From Actinomycetota bacterium (GTDB taxonomy: Bacteria > Actinomycetota > JBBINU01): a stretch of DNA of 64,000 nt. Made by a program: the position numbers and the translations under genes. Below the pieces are notes generated by a model. It saw only the letters and a list, made by a program, of their open reading frames with translations. It had not been told where the DNA came from and ran no database searches. This document shows positions 1 through 9,581 of the stretch, in pieces. Position 1 is the stretch's first letter. Every line of letters starts with the position of its first letter. Where the stretch lies: positions 111,451 through 175,450 of the forward strand of contig JBBINU010000004.1 in assembly GCA_037443725.1 (NCBI GenBank), written 5' to 3'.

Positions 1-609
1 AGGTATGGGCACCACGGATACGGTGGTCTCGGAGGTCATGTCCGAGGCCACCCTCTGAATGGCCACGGCCAGGATCTTCCTCGCCCTCTTCTCCGCCTCC
101 TCCCTCGCCTCCAGCTCGACCTGCCGTACCAGGGAGAGAGCCTCCCTCCTGGCCTCGGCTTCAACCTCCTTCATCACTATCTTCTTGGCCTCAGCGGCCG
201 AGAGCCCCGCCAGGCGCTCCAGCTCCCTCCTGGCCCTGCTCAGTTCCTCCTCCGCCTTGCGGAGGCGCTCCTCTGCCCCCTCCTCCTTGCTCTGGATCTC
301 CCTTTCGCGACGTTCGAGCCTGTTAAGCCTGAGAGCCGCCTCCTCCTCGAGGCGGGAGACCCTTTCCTCCCTCCTCAGCAGTTCCCTCCTCTTTCCCTCG
401 AGGTCCCTCTCGACCTGCCTCCTCACCTCGAGAGCCTGCTCCTTGGCCTCTACCAAGATCTCCTTTTTCCGAGCCTCTGCCTCCCTCCTCGCCTCCTCAA
501 GAAGCCTCTCCCTCTCCGCCCTGGCAGACCGGAGGGTGCGGGCCCCCAGGACGAAGAAGACGAAGGCCAAGGCGGAGAGGAGCGATCCCAGGACAACCAG
601 CGGCATCAT
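1..609 (-). CDS. rny: Ribonuclease Y, N-terminal part only; the C-terminal KH/HD end lies beyond the window start
   Basis: Minus-strand translation gives MMPLVVLGSLLSALAFVFFVLG (TM anchor), then a long E/R/A-rich coiled coil, then AIQRVASDMTSETTVSVVP (start of KH domain) at the window edge. ATG is at 609..607. Confidence 0.8.
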   Translation of the reverse strand, partial: MMPLVVLGSLLSALAFVFFVLGARTLRSARAERERLLEEARREAEARKKEILVEAKEQALEVRRQVERDLEGKRRELLRREERVSRLEEEAALRLNRLERREREIQSKEEGAEERLRKAEEELSRARRELERLAGLSAAEAKKIVMKEVEAEARREALSLVRQVELEAREEAEKRARKILAVAIQRVASDMTSETTVSVVPIP

Positions 610-888
610 CGCTCCCACCTCTTTCGCCGGCGAGCCCCTGGCCCGCCGCAGCAACACACCGTCCCGGACTTCGCTGGCTCCGTTTCCTGTTCGAACCCAA
701 AAAGAAACGGAGCCACTCCGCGGATGACGCGGGCAGCGGCTCCGAGCCCCGCCCCTACGCTCTAAAAACCCCGGTGACCCAGCCTATCCCCGACCAGAAC
801 CCCTACCCGACCCCAGCCTCTCTCGCCCAACTCCCGCACGCTCGGAAATCGCTCGTTGCTCGCGTCCCCGCAGCTTACCAGCGGAATC

Positions 889-1404
889 TTACCCCTGGTG
901 GAGGGTGGGGTCAAAGACGCCCCTCACGAGCTCCTCCGCTACCCTCCTCGCCACCTCGGCAGAGTAGCCCCTGGAAAGCAGCCGGGCGTAGACCCTACGC
1001 GCCAGGACCTCCCGGTCCAGGGAATTTCTCTCCATCCAGAACCGGGCAAGAGCCCGCGCCCGCGCCTCCTCCCCAGCCCTGGGAGAGGCCTCCTCCGCCG
1101 CCCGCCTTGCCAGGGACGCCTCCACCCCCCTCGCTAGAAGATCCCTGAAAATGGCAGGGGCTGCCCGCCCCTTGGCCTCCGCCAGCCAGGCCGCCCTCTG
1201 CCTCGCATAGGCCTCATCATCAAGAAGCCCCAGCTCCTCGAGCCTCGCGAGCACACGGGCTGCCGCCTCAGGCGAGGCCCCCCAACGGTGAAGCCTCCCC
1301 TCCAGTTCCTTCCTGGAGCGGGCTGCCCTGGCTAGGACCTTCGCAGCCCGCTCCAGCAGGCCCGAGTCTTCGGGAGGGTTCCTTGACCCCCGGCCGCCTC
1401 TCAA
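889..1404 (-). CDS. recX: Recombination regulator RecX
   Basis: 171 aa Ala/Arg-rich three-helix-repeat protein immediately downstream of recA, with RecX-like motifs (LARLEELGLLDDEAYARQ, YSAEVARRVAEEL). Confidence 0.75.
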   Translation of the reverse strand: MRGGRGSRNPPEDSGLLERAAKVLARAARSRKELEGRLHRWGASPEAAARVLARLEELGLLDDEAYARQRAAWLAEAKGRAAPAIFRDLLARGVEASLARRAAEEASPRAGEEARARALARFWMERNSLDREVLARRVYARLLSRGYSAEVARRVAEELVRGVFDPTLHQG

Positions 1405-1528
1405 GCCGCCCCTCCCGGTGCAGAGCCCCGGACGGTGCAGAACCCCCCGCCGTCAGCCGAGGCAACTGCCACCAGTTGCACCGGCCGCCGTCCCCACCCC
1501 GGATCGCCCCACGCCGCACCGGCCGATC

Positions 1529-2515
1529 TTAGGCCAGGCCCGCCTTCTCCAGGATCTTTTTCTCTATCTCCAGGGCGATCTCCGGATGCTCCACCAGGAA
1601 CTGCCTGGCATTCTCTCTGCCCTGACCCAGCTGCTCCCCCTCGTAGGTGAACCAGGAGCCGCTCTTTCTGATGAGCCCCAACTCGAGGCCGACGTCGAGG
1701 ACGCCCCCCTCCCTCGAGATCCCCTTGCCGTACAGGATGTCGAACTCGGCCTGCCTGAAGGGCGGGGCCAGCTTGTTCTTCACCACCTTCCCCCGAACCC
1801 TGGCGCCCACGGACTCGGAGCCTTCCTTGAGGTTGTCCACCTTCCTCACGTCAAGCCGCACAGAGGCGTAGAACTTGAGAGCCCTCCCGCCCGGGGTCAC
1901 CTCCGGGTTCCCAAACATGACTCCCACCTTCTCCCGGAGCTGGTTCACGAAGATGGCGGCGGTGTTGGACTTGGCCACGCTCCCTGCAAGCTTCCTCAGG
2001 GCCTGGGACATGAGCCTCGCCTGGAGACCGACGTGCGCATCGCCCATCTCCCCTTCCAGCTCCGCCCGGGGGACAAGGGCCGCCACCGAGTCCACCACCA
2101 CCACGTCCACAGCAGCGCTCCTCACCAGGGTGTCGGCGATCTCCAGAGCCTGCTCCCCGGTGTCGGGCTGGGAAATGAGGAGCTGTTCGAGATCGACACC
2201 GATGGCTCTCGCATAGGTGGGGTCCAGGGCATGTTCCGCATCGATGAAGGCGGCGATCCCCCCCTTCTTCTGTGCCTCTGCGATGACATGGAGGGCCACT
2301 GTCGTCTTGCCGCTCCCCTCGGGGCCGAAGATCTCGGTGATCCTACCCCTCGGGATGCCACCGATGCCGAGGGCTATGTCCAGGGCGAGGCTGCCGGTCG
2401 GAATGGCCTCCACCTGCATCCTCGCCTCCGCCTCACCCAGACGCATGATGGCGCCCTTTCCGAACTGCCTCTCTATCTGGAGGATGGCCATCTCGAGGGC
2501 CTTGTCTTTGTCCAC
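1529..2515 (-). CDS. recA: Recombinase RecA
   Basis: Walker [14 protein letters not shown], the RecA loop motifs and C-terminal domain are present. The ORF extends to 2626, but the canonical N-terminus (M)[20 protein letters not shown] starts at GTG ~2515, preceded by AAGGGAGG. Confidence 0.95.
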   Translation of the reverse strand: MDKDKALEMAILQIERQFGKGAIMRLGEAEARMQVEAIPTGSLALDIALGIGGIPRGRITEIFGPEGSGKTTVALHVIAEAQKKGGIAAFIDAEHALDPTYARAIGVDLEQLLISQPDTGEQALEIADTLVRSAAVDVVVVDSVAALVPRAELEGEMGDAHVGLQARLMSQALRKLAGSVAKSNTAAIFVNQLREKVGVMFGNPEVTPGGRALKFYASVRLDVRKVDNLKEGSESVGARVRGKVVKNKLAPPFRQAEFDILYGKGISREGGVLDVGLELGLIRKSGSWFTYEGEQLGQGRENARQFLVEHPEIALEIEKKILEKAGLA

Positions 2516-2608
2516 CGGCACCTCCCTTATCGGCTTGGGGCCTCCTGCCCTACGCGGCAAGATTAGCCCATGGGGGTGACAGACCCCGCCTCTCGCCATG
2601 CTAACAGG

Positions 2609-2621
2609 GAACATACGTTCG
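2609..2621. promoter_or_regulatory. Putative LexA/DinR SOS (Cheo) box GAACATACGTTCG upstream of recA
   Basis: GAAC-N4-GTTC inverted repeat ~95 bp upstream of the recA start, lying between TTGATC and TAGCAT promoter-like hexamers on the minus strand. Confidence 0.55.
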
Positions 2622-2648
2622 ATCAACTAAGCGGGGAGTGAGCCGGGA

Positions 2649-3185
2649 TCAATCCTCCCTCAGGGAAAAGGTGGCGAGAGGAGTGTACTCCGCTCCGGTG
2701 GGCTGGAGCCGGCTCCTATAAAGAACGAAGGTCCTCGCCTGGAGCGCTGAGGACGGAAGGGGGGGCAGGACCGAGAGATCCAGCCGGGAAGGGCTCCTGA
2801 ACCTCGCCACCGTGATGTGAGCCTCGAAAGGCCTGTTCTCCCTGGCAAAACCGAGATCCCCCATGGCCTCCTCCACCCTGCGGGCGAGCCCATGCACGTC
2901 CTGGCCGCCGAGGCCGACCCAGAGGACCCTCGCAGCACGCTCGGACGGGAAGGCACCCCAGCTGGTCAGGGGAGAAGAAAAAGGGGGGTGCCTCAGTCCG
3001 CTGAGGGCCTTCACTACCTCCCCCACCCTCTCCTCGGGGACCTCCCCCAAAAACTTCAAGGTGAGGTGGCGGTTCTCCCTTGGAACCCACCTGGCCCCGG
3101 CGAGAAGGGACCTGGCCACCACGACCGCCCGGTCGAGGGCCTCCTCTCCTTCCCCCTCCAGGCGGAGGGCAACAAACAGCCTCAC
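2649..3185 (-). CDS. thpR: RNA 2',3'-cyclic phosphodiesterase (2H family, LigT/ThpR)
   Basis: Two H-x-T/S-x motifs (HLTLKFLG and HITVARF) in a 178 aa protein. Confidence 0.75.
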   Translation of the reverse strand: MRLFVALRLEGEGEEALDRAVVVARSLLAGARWVPRENRHLTLKFLGEVPEERVGEVVKALSGLRHPPFSSPLTSWGAFPSERAARVLWVGLGGQDVHGLARRVEEAMGDLGFARENRPFEAHITVARFRSPSRLDLSVLPPLPSSALQARTFVLYRSRLQPTGAEYTPLATFSLRED

Positions 3186-4411
3186 TCCTCCTCCCCCAGA
3201 AGGGCCCTGCGCAGCAGATCCAGGGCGACCCTAGCCGCCAGCTCTCTCACGACCTCTCGCTCCACCCCCACCTGGAGGAAGCGGGCGAGGGTGGCCGGGC
3301 CGCTCACACCCACCCAGAAGGCCCCAGGCGGGGCACCGTGGTGGGGTTCAGGACCGGCCGCCCCGGTGGTGGCAAGACCCCACACTGCTCCGAACCTCTG
3401 TCTCACGCCATCCGCCATGGCCAGGACCACCTCGCGACTTACCGCCCCCGCCGCCAGCACTTCCCGAGAAACCCCGAGGAGCTTCTCCTTCGCCCGAGTT
3501 GAGTACGCGATCACCCCTCCCAGGAAGAAGCCTGAGCTCCCTGCTGGGGAGGTGAGGAGCCTCCCAACCCACCCGCCCGTAAGGGACTCGGCCACGGCTA
3601 GGGTCTCCCCCCTGCCGAGAAGGAGCCTCGCTACCTCCTCCACCAGGCCGCCTTTCACCAGGTTCCTTCCCAGGACCTCCCGGGCCCTCCTCCCGGCCCT
3701 CGCCAGATGGTCCTCGCCGCCGGAAGGGAGAGAGAGCTCCACCCGAATCTCGCCCGGGACTGCCAGGTAGGAGATGTCTAGACCTGGGAACTCGCTCTTC
3801 AAGGGCTCCAACCTCTCTGCCACCTCAGACTCGGTCAGCCCGGCCACCACCAGGCCCTCCCTCGGCCTGGGGCCGAGTCGCGGGGCTAGGGCCGTCCGGA
3901 GCTCCGGGAGGACGTCCCTCTCCATCATGGTTCTCATCTCTCGCGGAACACCGGGCAGGCAGTAAATCCGGGTCCCCCTCTCCTCCACCACGAACCCCGG
4001 GGCCGTCCCAACAGCCCTTATCACCCTCGACCCCGCCGGGATGTGCGCCTGGCGAAGGCTGCCCGGCGGAGGAGGCCTACCCGCCGCCCGGTAAAGCGAG
4101 AGGATGGCCTCGGCGGAGGCCTCGTCCTGCTCGAGCGGCCTCCCCGTGGCGAGGGAGATGGCATCTCGGGTGAGGTCGTCGGGGGTCGGGCCGAGCCCTC
4201 CCGTCACCACCACCGCATCGACGCGGCCGAGCGCCTCCCGAAGCACTTCAGCCAAGGGCTCCACCCGATCCGGGAGGACCACCACCCTCTCCACCTCCAT
4301 CCCAATCCGGATGAGGGCAGAGAGGACCTCATGGGAGTTGGCCTCCCTCACCCGCCCGTCGAGGAGCTCGCTCCCAACGCTCACCACCCACGCCCTCGGC
4401 GGTGGCATCAC
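3182..4411 (-). CDS. cinA: Competence/damage-inducible protein CinA (MoCF-binding plus CinA C-terminal domain)
   Basis: 409 aa with VVVTGGLGPTPDDLTRDA N-domain and a C-terminal CinA domain. Its position upstream of recA is conserved. Confidence 0.85.
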   Translation of the reverse strand: MMPPPRAWVVSVGSELLDGRVREANSHEVLSALIRIGMEVERVVVLPDRVEPLAEVLREALGRVDAVVVTGGLGPTPDDLTRDAISLATGRPLEQDEASAEAILSLYRAAGRPPPPGSLRQAHIPAGSRVIRAVGTAPGFVVEERGTRIYCLPGVPREMRTMMERDVLPELRTALAPRLGPRPREGLVVAGLTESEVAERLEPLKSEFPGLDISYLAVPGEIRVELSLPSGGEDHLARAGRRAREVLGRNLVKGGLVEEVARLLLGRGETLAVAESLTGGWVGRLLTSPAGSSGFFLGGVIAYSTRAKEKLLGVSREVLAAGAVSREVVLAMADGVRQRFGAVWGLATTGAAGPEPHHGAPPGAFWVGVSGPATLARFLQVGVEREVVRELAARVALDLLRRALLGEEE

Positions 4412-4953
4412 TCCTCCTCAACTTGAGACCTAACCCCCTGACCCGCAAGATATGCCCTGAAGTAGAGGCCCCCCGAGAGGAGGGTGAAGATGAGGGTGAG
4501 GGTGAGGAGAGGAACCTTTAGGGGGGCGAACCCAGGCCAGGGCAGCAGGTATACCAGGACCACCAGGACCTGAGCGCCCGTCTTCACCTTGCCCCAGAGG
4601 CTCGCCCCAAATCCCCTCCCCTTCCTCCCGGCCAGGAACCTCAGGGCTGTGACACCGGCCTCCCTCGCCAGGATGAGGAAGGCCGCCCAGGCCGGGAAAT
4701 CCCCGCGGAGGGCGAGGGCGACAAGGGCCGAACCGACGAGGACCTTGTCCACGAGGGGATCCATCTCCGCCCCGAAGGAGGTCACCTTCCCCAGCCGTCT
4801 GGCCGCATATCCATCTACGCTGTCGGAGGCGGCGGCCAGGGCAAAGAGGAGGAAGGCCACCCACTCTGCAGCCCCATCCCGACCGAGGGCGAGCAGGAAG
4901 AAAGGGACGAGAGCTAAACGAAGGAGGGTGAGGGCGTTGGGGAGGGTGAGCAT
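4408..4953 (-). CDS. pgsA: CDP-diacylglycerol--glycerol-3-phosphate 3-phosphatidyltransferase
   Basis: CDP-alcohol phosphatidyltransferase motif DSVDGYAARR...G...D and multiple TM helices. The ORF extends to 5142, but the canonical start MLTLPNALTLLR is at ATG 4953. Confidence 0.85.
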   Translation of the reverse strand: MLTLPNALTLLRLALVPFFLLALGRDGAAEWVAFLLFALAAASDSVDGYAARRLGKVTSFGAEMDPLVDKVLVGSALVALALRGDFPAWAAFLILAREAGVTALRFLAGRKGRGFGASLWGKVKTGAQVLVVLVYLLPWPGFAPLKVPLLTLTLIFTLLSGGLYFRAYLAGQGVRSQVEEE

Positions 4954-5047
4954 CCCCGGCGATGCCGGAGGCGCCGCCCTCTCCTTCTTCACCGCCCCTC
5001 CCCAAACCGGCCCCCCTGCCGGCCACAGGCGATCCGGATGGGGCTTC

Positions 5048-6505
5048 TCAAGTCTCCCCCCCGCGGGCTCTCGCCGACATCCGCCCCTGCTCCGGCCCTC
5101 CCCCACCTCCAGGTGGCGCCTCTGCCAGGAGATCCAGGGCATCGGACCCCCTGACCACGGCCCTCACAAAGGTCCCTTTCTTCAGGGGGGCGGGAGCCCT
5201 CACCCGCACCACCCCATCCACCTCTGGGGCCTCCCTCTCCGACCGGCCGACCCCGCCCCAGGGCATAGGCCGCTCCACCAGCACCTCCACCACCTTACCC
5301 AGAAAAGAGGAGGCCCTCCTCGACACCACAGCAGCCTGCCCTTCCTCTAAGTACTCCTGACGCTTGCACACCTCCTCGCGGGAGGGGGCATCCGGATAAC
5401 GGGCAGCTGGGGTCCCATCCTCAGGGGAGAAGGGAAAGAAGGAGACCCAGTCCAGCTCCGCCTGATCAAGAAAGTCCGCGAGGACCTCCACGTCCTCCCA
5501 GGTCTCCCCGGGGAAGCCCAGGATGAAGGAGCTGCGTATGGCTGCACCCGGTTCCCTCTCCCTAATAGCCGAGACGAGCTCGAGAAACCGGCCAGCTCCA
5601 CCCGGCCTCCCCATCCTCTTAAGCAGCGCCTCGCTGGCGTGCTGGAAGGAGAGGTCGAAGTAGGAGGCCACGCTAGGAAGGGAGAGAACGGTCTCGACCA
5701 GGCCCGGCCCGACTTCCGTGGGGTAGAGATAGGCGAGGCGGATTCGACCCACCTCCGGAAGGCTGGCCAGCTCCTCGAGAAGATGCAGGAGGCAGGGTCT
5801 GGAGGGCAGATCGCGTCCATAGGAGAGGGTGTCCTCGGAGACGAGGAGGAACTCCTTTACCCCCGCCCGCGCCAGCCTCATGACCTCCTCCCTGACCTCC
5901 TCGGGCTGCCTGGAACGCATAGGGCCCCGGATGAAGGGGATCGCACAGAACGTGCAGGACCGGTTGCATCCCTCGCCCAGCTTCACCGGAGCCCAGACCT
6001 CCCCCCCGGGCAGGCGGGTTTCCCGGACGGGGCCACCGGCCTTGGGCAGTCCGGAACCTGCCACCTCAAGGAGGTCGAGGAGGCGGGCGGCCAGGGTGCC
6101 CCGCGCGCCCAGACCGACCACGGCGTCGAGCTCGGGGACCGCCTCCAGGAGAGATTCGCCGACCCTCTCCGCCATGCACCCGGCGGCCACCACCGCCTTG
6201 ACGCCGCCACGCTTGAGACAGACAGCCTCCCTCAGGACCTCCAGGCTCTCCTCCCGGGCTTCGCGCACAAAGGCGCACGTGTTCACCACCAGGGCGTCCG
6301 CCAGGTCGGGATCCGCGACAAGCCGGAGGCCGGCCGCTTCCAGCTCCCTGCGATACTCCAGGCTGTCCGCGAGGTTCCTCGGGCAGCCCAAGGTGATCAC
6401 CGCCACCCGGGGCCGAGCCCCTCTCCGGCCCGGAGGGACCTCCCTCCCGCCCGCGCAGCGCGGAGCCTCCTCCCCCTGGAGAAGCTCCTCAGGACCCCTG
6501 GACAC
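5048..6505 (-). CDS. MiaB/RimO-family radical-SAM methylthiotransferase (RimO-like)
   Basis: N-terminal MTTase domain (VITLGCPRN), radical-SAM CNRSCTFCAIP, and a C-terminal TRAM-like region. The N-terminal ~30 aa of the ORF are probably not translated. Confidence 0.8.
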   Translation of the reverse strand: MSRGPEELLQGEEAPRCAGGREVPPGRRGARPRVAVITLGCPRNLADSLEYRRELEAAGLRLVADPDLADALVVNTCAFVREAREESLEVLREAVCLKRGGVKAVVAAGCMAERVGESLLEAVPELDAVVGLGARGTLAARLLDLLEVAGSGLPKAGGPVRETRLPGGEVWAPVKLGEGCNRSCTFCAIPFIRGPMRSRQPEEVREEVMRLARAGVKEFLLVSEDTLSYGRDLPSRPCLLHLLEELASLPEVGRIRLAYLYPTEVGPGLVETVLSLPSVASYFDLSFQHASEALLKRMGRPGGAGRFLELVSAIREREPGAAIRSSFILGFPGETWEDVEVLADFLDQAELDWVSFFPFSPEDGTPAARYPDAPSREEVCKRQEYLEEGQAAVVSRRASSFLGKVVEVLVERPMPWGGVGRSEREAPEVDGVVRVRAPAPLKKGTFVRAVVRGSDALDLLAEAPPGGGGGPEQGRMSARARGGET

Positions 6506-7257
6506 TAGACCCTCCTACCCTCGGGATGCTCGGGGCTGAACTCGAGCCGGACAACCTCTCCGGGGCCCCCGAGGACGCCCAGGTCTCGCCCGACCGACCT
6601 CACCCTCACGGCACCCGCGTTGCCCAGCACCACCCTGATCACCCTCCCCTCGAAGACCCTGGAATCCCCCGCCACCAGCGTTCCCTCGAGGACGACCCTC
6701 CCGTCCACCGTCACCCTCACCCAGGACCTCGACTCCACCACCTCAAGCACCACCCGAAAGACGCCGGGACTAGGCACCTCCATTACTGAGGCAGCGGGCG
6801 TGGGTACGGTGGCGGGGGCTCCGAGATTACCGGGGGTGGGGCTGGAAGGAATTTGGGCCAGGCGGATGGGGGAAGTTCTCGGCCGCCCGAGGATCGCCGT
6901 CCCCACCACCAGAGCCAGGAGAAGCGCCCCCACCACAGCCACGGCCCTCCTCCTCCGTGCCGCGAGGGCGCCGACGGGGGGCTGGACCGGCTTCTCCAGA
7001 AGGTCCAGGGGTGAAGGAGGACGCCATCCAGAAGTCCTGGAGAAGGCCTCAAGGAAGGGAGCGGGGTCGAGCCCGAGAAAGGAACAGTAGGACTTGAGAA
7101 AACCCCGCACAAAGGTGGGGTGGCCCGCCCTCGCCAGGTCCCAATCCTCGAGGGCCTCGAGGATGTGGGGCCTGATCTTGGTTACCGCGGACGCCTCATC
7201 GAGGGTGAGCCCTCTCGCCTCCCTCGCCTGCCTGAGGGCACGCCCAAAGTGCTCCAC
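6505..7257 (-). CDS. rodZ: RodZ-like cytoskeleton protein (HTH_XRE, TM, C-terminal DUF4115)
   Basis: N-terminal HTH LRQAREARGLTLDEASAVTKIRPHILEALE, one TM segment, and a beta-rich C-terminus. Its position upstream of pgsA matches ymfM-pgsA. Confidence 0.7.
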   Translation of the reverse strand: MEHFGRALRQAREARGLTLDEASAVTKIRPHILEALEDWDLARAGHPTFVRGFLKSYCSFLGLDPAPFLEAFSRTSGWRPPSPLDLLEKPVQPPVGALAARRRRAVAVVGALLLALVVGTAILGRPRTSPIRLAQIPSSPTPGNLGAPATVPTPAASVMEVPSPGVFRVVLEVVESRSWVRVTVDGRVVLEGTLVAGDSRVFEGRVIRVVLGNAGAVRVRSVGRDLGVLGGPGEVVRLEFSPEHPEGRRV

Positions 7258-7367
7258 CTTCCACCAACCGCCAGGATTCTAGCGGCCGACCCGGGAGCCC
7301 GGCTCCTCCCCGGAACCGATCCGAGCGGCTTCCCTTACGCCGAGACCCTACCCGCCAGGCAGGCCTG

Positions 7368-9581
7368 CTACCGCGACCGCCTCGCCTTCATCTGCTCCAG
7401 CTGCTCGGGGGTGATGAGCACCTGGCGCGGGCGCGATCCCTGGGCCGGGCCCACCACGCCCCTCTCTTCCAGCAGGTCCATGATGCGCCCCGCCCGCGCA
7501 AACCCCACCCGGAGCCTCCTCTGGATGAGCGAGGTAGAGCCTATCCCGGTCCTCACCACCAGCTCCATGGCTTCCTGCAAGAGGGGGTCGGAGCCCTCCG
7601 GTTCCTCACAGGCCTCCTCCTCGCCCCAGGGAGTCGCCTCGGGGACGTAGGACGGGGAAGCTTCCTTCCGCCACCATTCCACCACGGCCTGGATCTCTTT
7701 CTCCGAGACAAAGGCCGCCTGCATCCTCACCGGCCTGGAGACCCCCACAGGGAGGAAAAGGCCATCGCCGTGGCCGACCAGCTTCTCGGCCCCGTAGGTG
7801 TCGAGGATGACCCGGGAGTCCGTCCCAGAGGAGGTATGGAAGGCCAGCCGGGCGGGGATGTTCGCCTTTATAAGCCCGGTAACCACGTCCACCGATGGCC
7901 GCTGCGTCGCCACCACCAGGTGTATTCCGACCGCCCGGGCCATCTGAGCTATCCTCGAGATGGACTCCTCCACCTCCCTGGGAGCGACCATCATGAGATC
8001 TGCCAGCTCGTCTATGACAACCACTATGTAGGGCATGGGACCCCCATCCCCGGACGCCTCTACCAGGGAGAGCTGAGCCGAGAGCCCGGCGTTATAGGCA
8101 TCGAGGCTCCTCGCTCCAGCCAGGGCAAGGACTTCGTACCGCCTCTCCATCTCCCTGACCACCCAGCCCAGGGCCTCGGCGGCCCTCTTCGGATGGGTGA
8201 TGACAGGGGCGAGAAGGTGGGGAACGCCGTTGTAGTGGAAGAGCTCCACCCGCTTCGGGTCCACCAGCAGGAGCCTTACCTGGAGGGGGGTGGCCCTCAT
8301 CAGCAGGGATGTCACCACCGCGTGGATGCAGGAGGACTTCCCCGACCCCGTCGCCCCTCCGATGAGCAGGTGAGGCAGGCTCCCGAGGTTCACCACCATG
8401 GGCTTCCCGCTGATGTCCTTTCCGAGACCCACCGAGAGAGGGTGGGTCTCGGCCCTTGCGTCGGGGCTGGAGAGGACGTCCCCCAGGGCCACCAGGTCCC
8501 TGTCCTTATTAGGCACCTGAACGCCGATGGCGGGTCTGCCCGGCACTGGGGTGATGATCCTCACATCGGGGGAGCCGAGGGCGTAAGAGATGTCGTCCGT
8601 GAGGGACCTTATCTTCTGCACCTTGACCCCAGGACCCAGCTGGATCTCGTACTGGCTCACCGTAGGCCCGCGGGTCACCCCGGTGACCACGGCGTCCACC
8701 CCAAAATCCTTTAGGGTCTGCTCCAGAACCCTTATGACTTCGTCGCTCCCCCTCGGCCCCCTGGGCCTGCCGGGAGTCCTCCTGAGGAGCTCCAGCGGGG
8801 GGAGGCTGTAGCCCATCTCGGTGCTGGGAGGGACCCCCGACCGCTCGAGGAAGAGGGTGCTCCCCTCCGTCCTCTCCGTTTCCTCCTGCCGCATCCCCGG
8901 GGCTTCGGCCCCTTCCTCCCGGAAAGCCTCCAGAGCTGCCACCTTCAGGGAGTCGGGGGGCGGCGGCGAACCCCCCTCCTGCCTCTCCTCCCCTGAGCTC
9001 TCCGCCGTCGAGCTCACCCTTCTCCCTCGCGCGAGGAGGCTGGCGGCGATCCCCCCGGCCCTCCTCAAGAGGGCTCTCCCCGAGCGGGATACTCGCCCCA
9101 CAGTGACCCGGGCGAGCCCACAGAGCCGTGCCAGGGTGCCCTCACCAAAAAGCCCCACCGCCGCAAGGAGAAGGAGGGTGCCGAGGAGAACGCCCGCCCC
9201 CCACCGCCCTAGGGCCGCCAACAGCGGCAAGACCAGGGTCCTCCCGACCGCTCCCCCCCTATAAGCCGGGGCCCCCGGGCGGAGGGAGAGGATGCCAAGG
9301 AGAGAGACGAGACCAAGCCCGCCGAGAACCCAGGCCTTCATCCGCCCGCGCCACACGGGCAGGGCCGCCACCAGGGGCGGGAGGAGGTACGCGCCGAGAC
9401 CCAGGGCAGACCTGGTGAACCTCGATACCTCAGCACCGATGGCACCCGCATCCCCTCCGTAGAGAGCCAGCCCGAGCAGGGCCGCTGCCCCGAAGCAGAG
9501 GACCCATTCGTGAGCTCCCCGCCCGCCCGAGCGGGTCTTCCCGCGGCCCCCGCGCTTTTTCGCCCTCGCCACCCGGATCAC
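7368..9581 (-). CDS. ftsK: DNA translocase FtsK/SpoIIIE
   Basis: N-terminal TM helices, a linker, an ATPase with Walker A GGATGSGKS, and a C-terminal gamma winged helix. Confidence 0.9.
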   Translation of the reverse strand: MIRVARAKKRGGRGKTRSGGRGAHEWVLCFGAAALLGLALYGGDAGAIGAEVSRFTRSALGLGAYLLPPLVAALPVWRGRMKAWVLGGLGLVSLLGILSLRPGAPAYRGGAVGRTLVLPLLAALGRWGAGVLLGTLLLLAAVGLFGEGTLARLCGLARVTVGRVSRSGRALLRRAGGIAASLLARGRRVSSTAESSGEERQEGGSPPPPDSLKVAALEAFREEGAEAPGMRQEETERTEGSTLFLERSGVPPSTEMGYSLPPLELLRRTPGRPRGPRGSDEVIRVLEQTLKDFGVDAVVTGVTRGPTVSQYEIQLGPGVKVQKIRSLTDDISYALGSPDVRIITPVPGRPAIGVQVPNKDRDLVALGDVLSSPDARAETHPLSVGLGKDISGKPMVVNLGSLPHLLIGGATGSGKSSCIHAVVTSLLMRATPLQVRLLLVDPKRVELFHYNGVPHLLAPVITHPKRAAEALGWVVREMERRYEVLALAGARSLDAYNAGLSAQLSLVEASGDGGPMPYIVVVIDELADLMMVAPREVEESISRIAQMARAVGIHLVVATQRPSVDVVTGLIKANIPARLAFHTSSGTDSRVILDTYGAEKLVGHGDGLFLPVGVSRPVRMQAAFVSEKEIQAVVEWWRKEASPSYVPEATPWGEEEACEEPEGSDPLLQEAMELVVRTGIGSTSLIQRRLRVGFARAGRIMDLLEERGVVGPAQGSRPRQVLITPEQLEQMKARRSR

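Noticed and set aside
676-714. Possible tRNA fragment suggested by TTCGAAC in a stem-loop
   Set aside because: The loop is 17 nt, there is no acceptor or anticodon arm, and no cloverleaf can be drawn. No tRNA genes were found anywhere in the window.
1418-2566. 382-aa plus-strand ORF antisense to recA. There are many similar long antisense ORFs elsewhere in the window, e.g. 10073..11287, 12104..13201, 36872..38167, 57106..58719 and 61567..62823.
   Set aside because: Pro/Arg/Gly-rich low-complexity translations with no recognisable domains, all lying opposite strongly supported conserved genes. They are the expected stop-codon-poor artefacts of a 70% GC genome.
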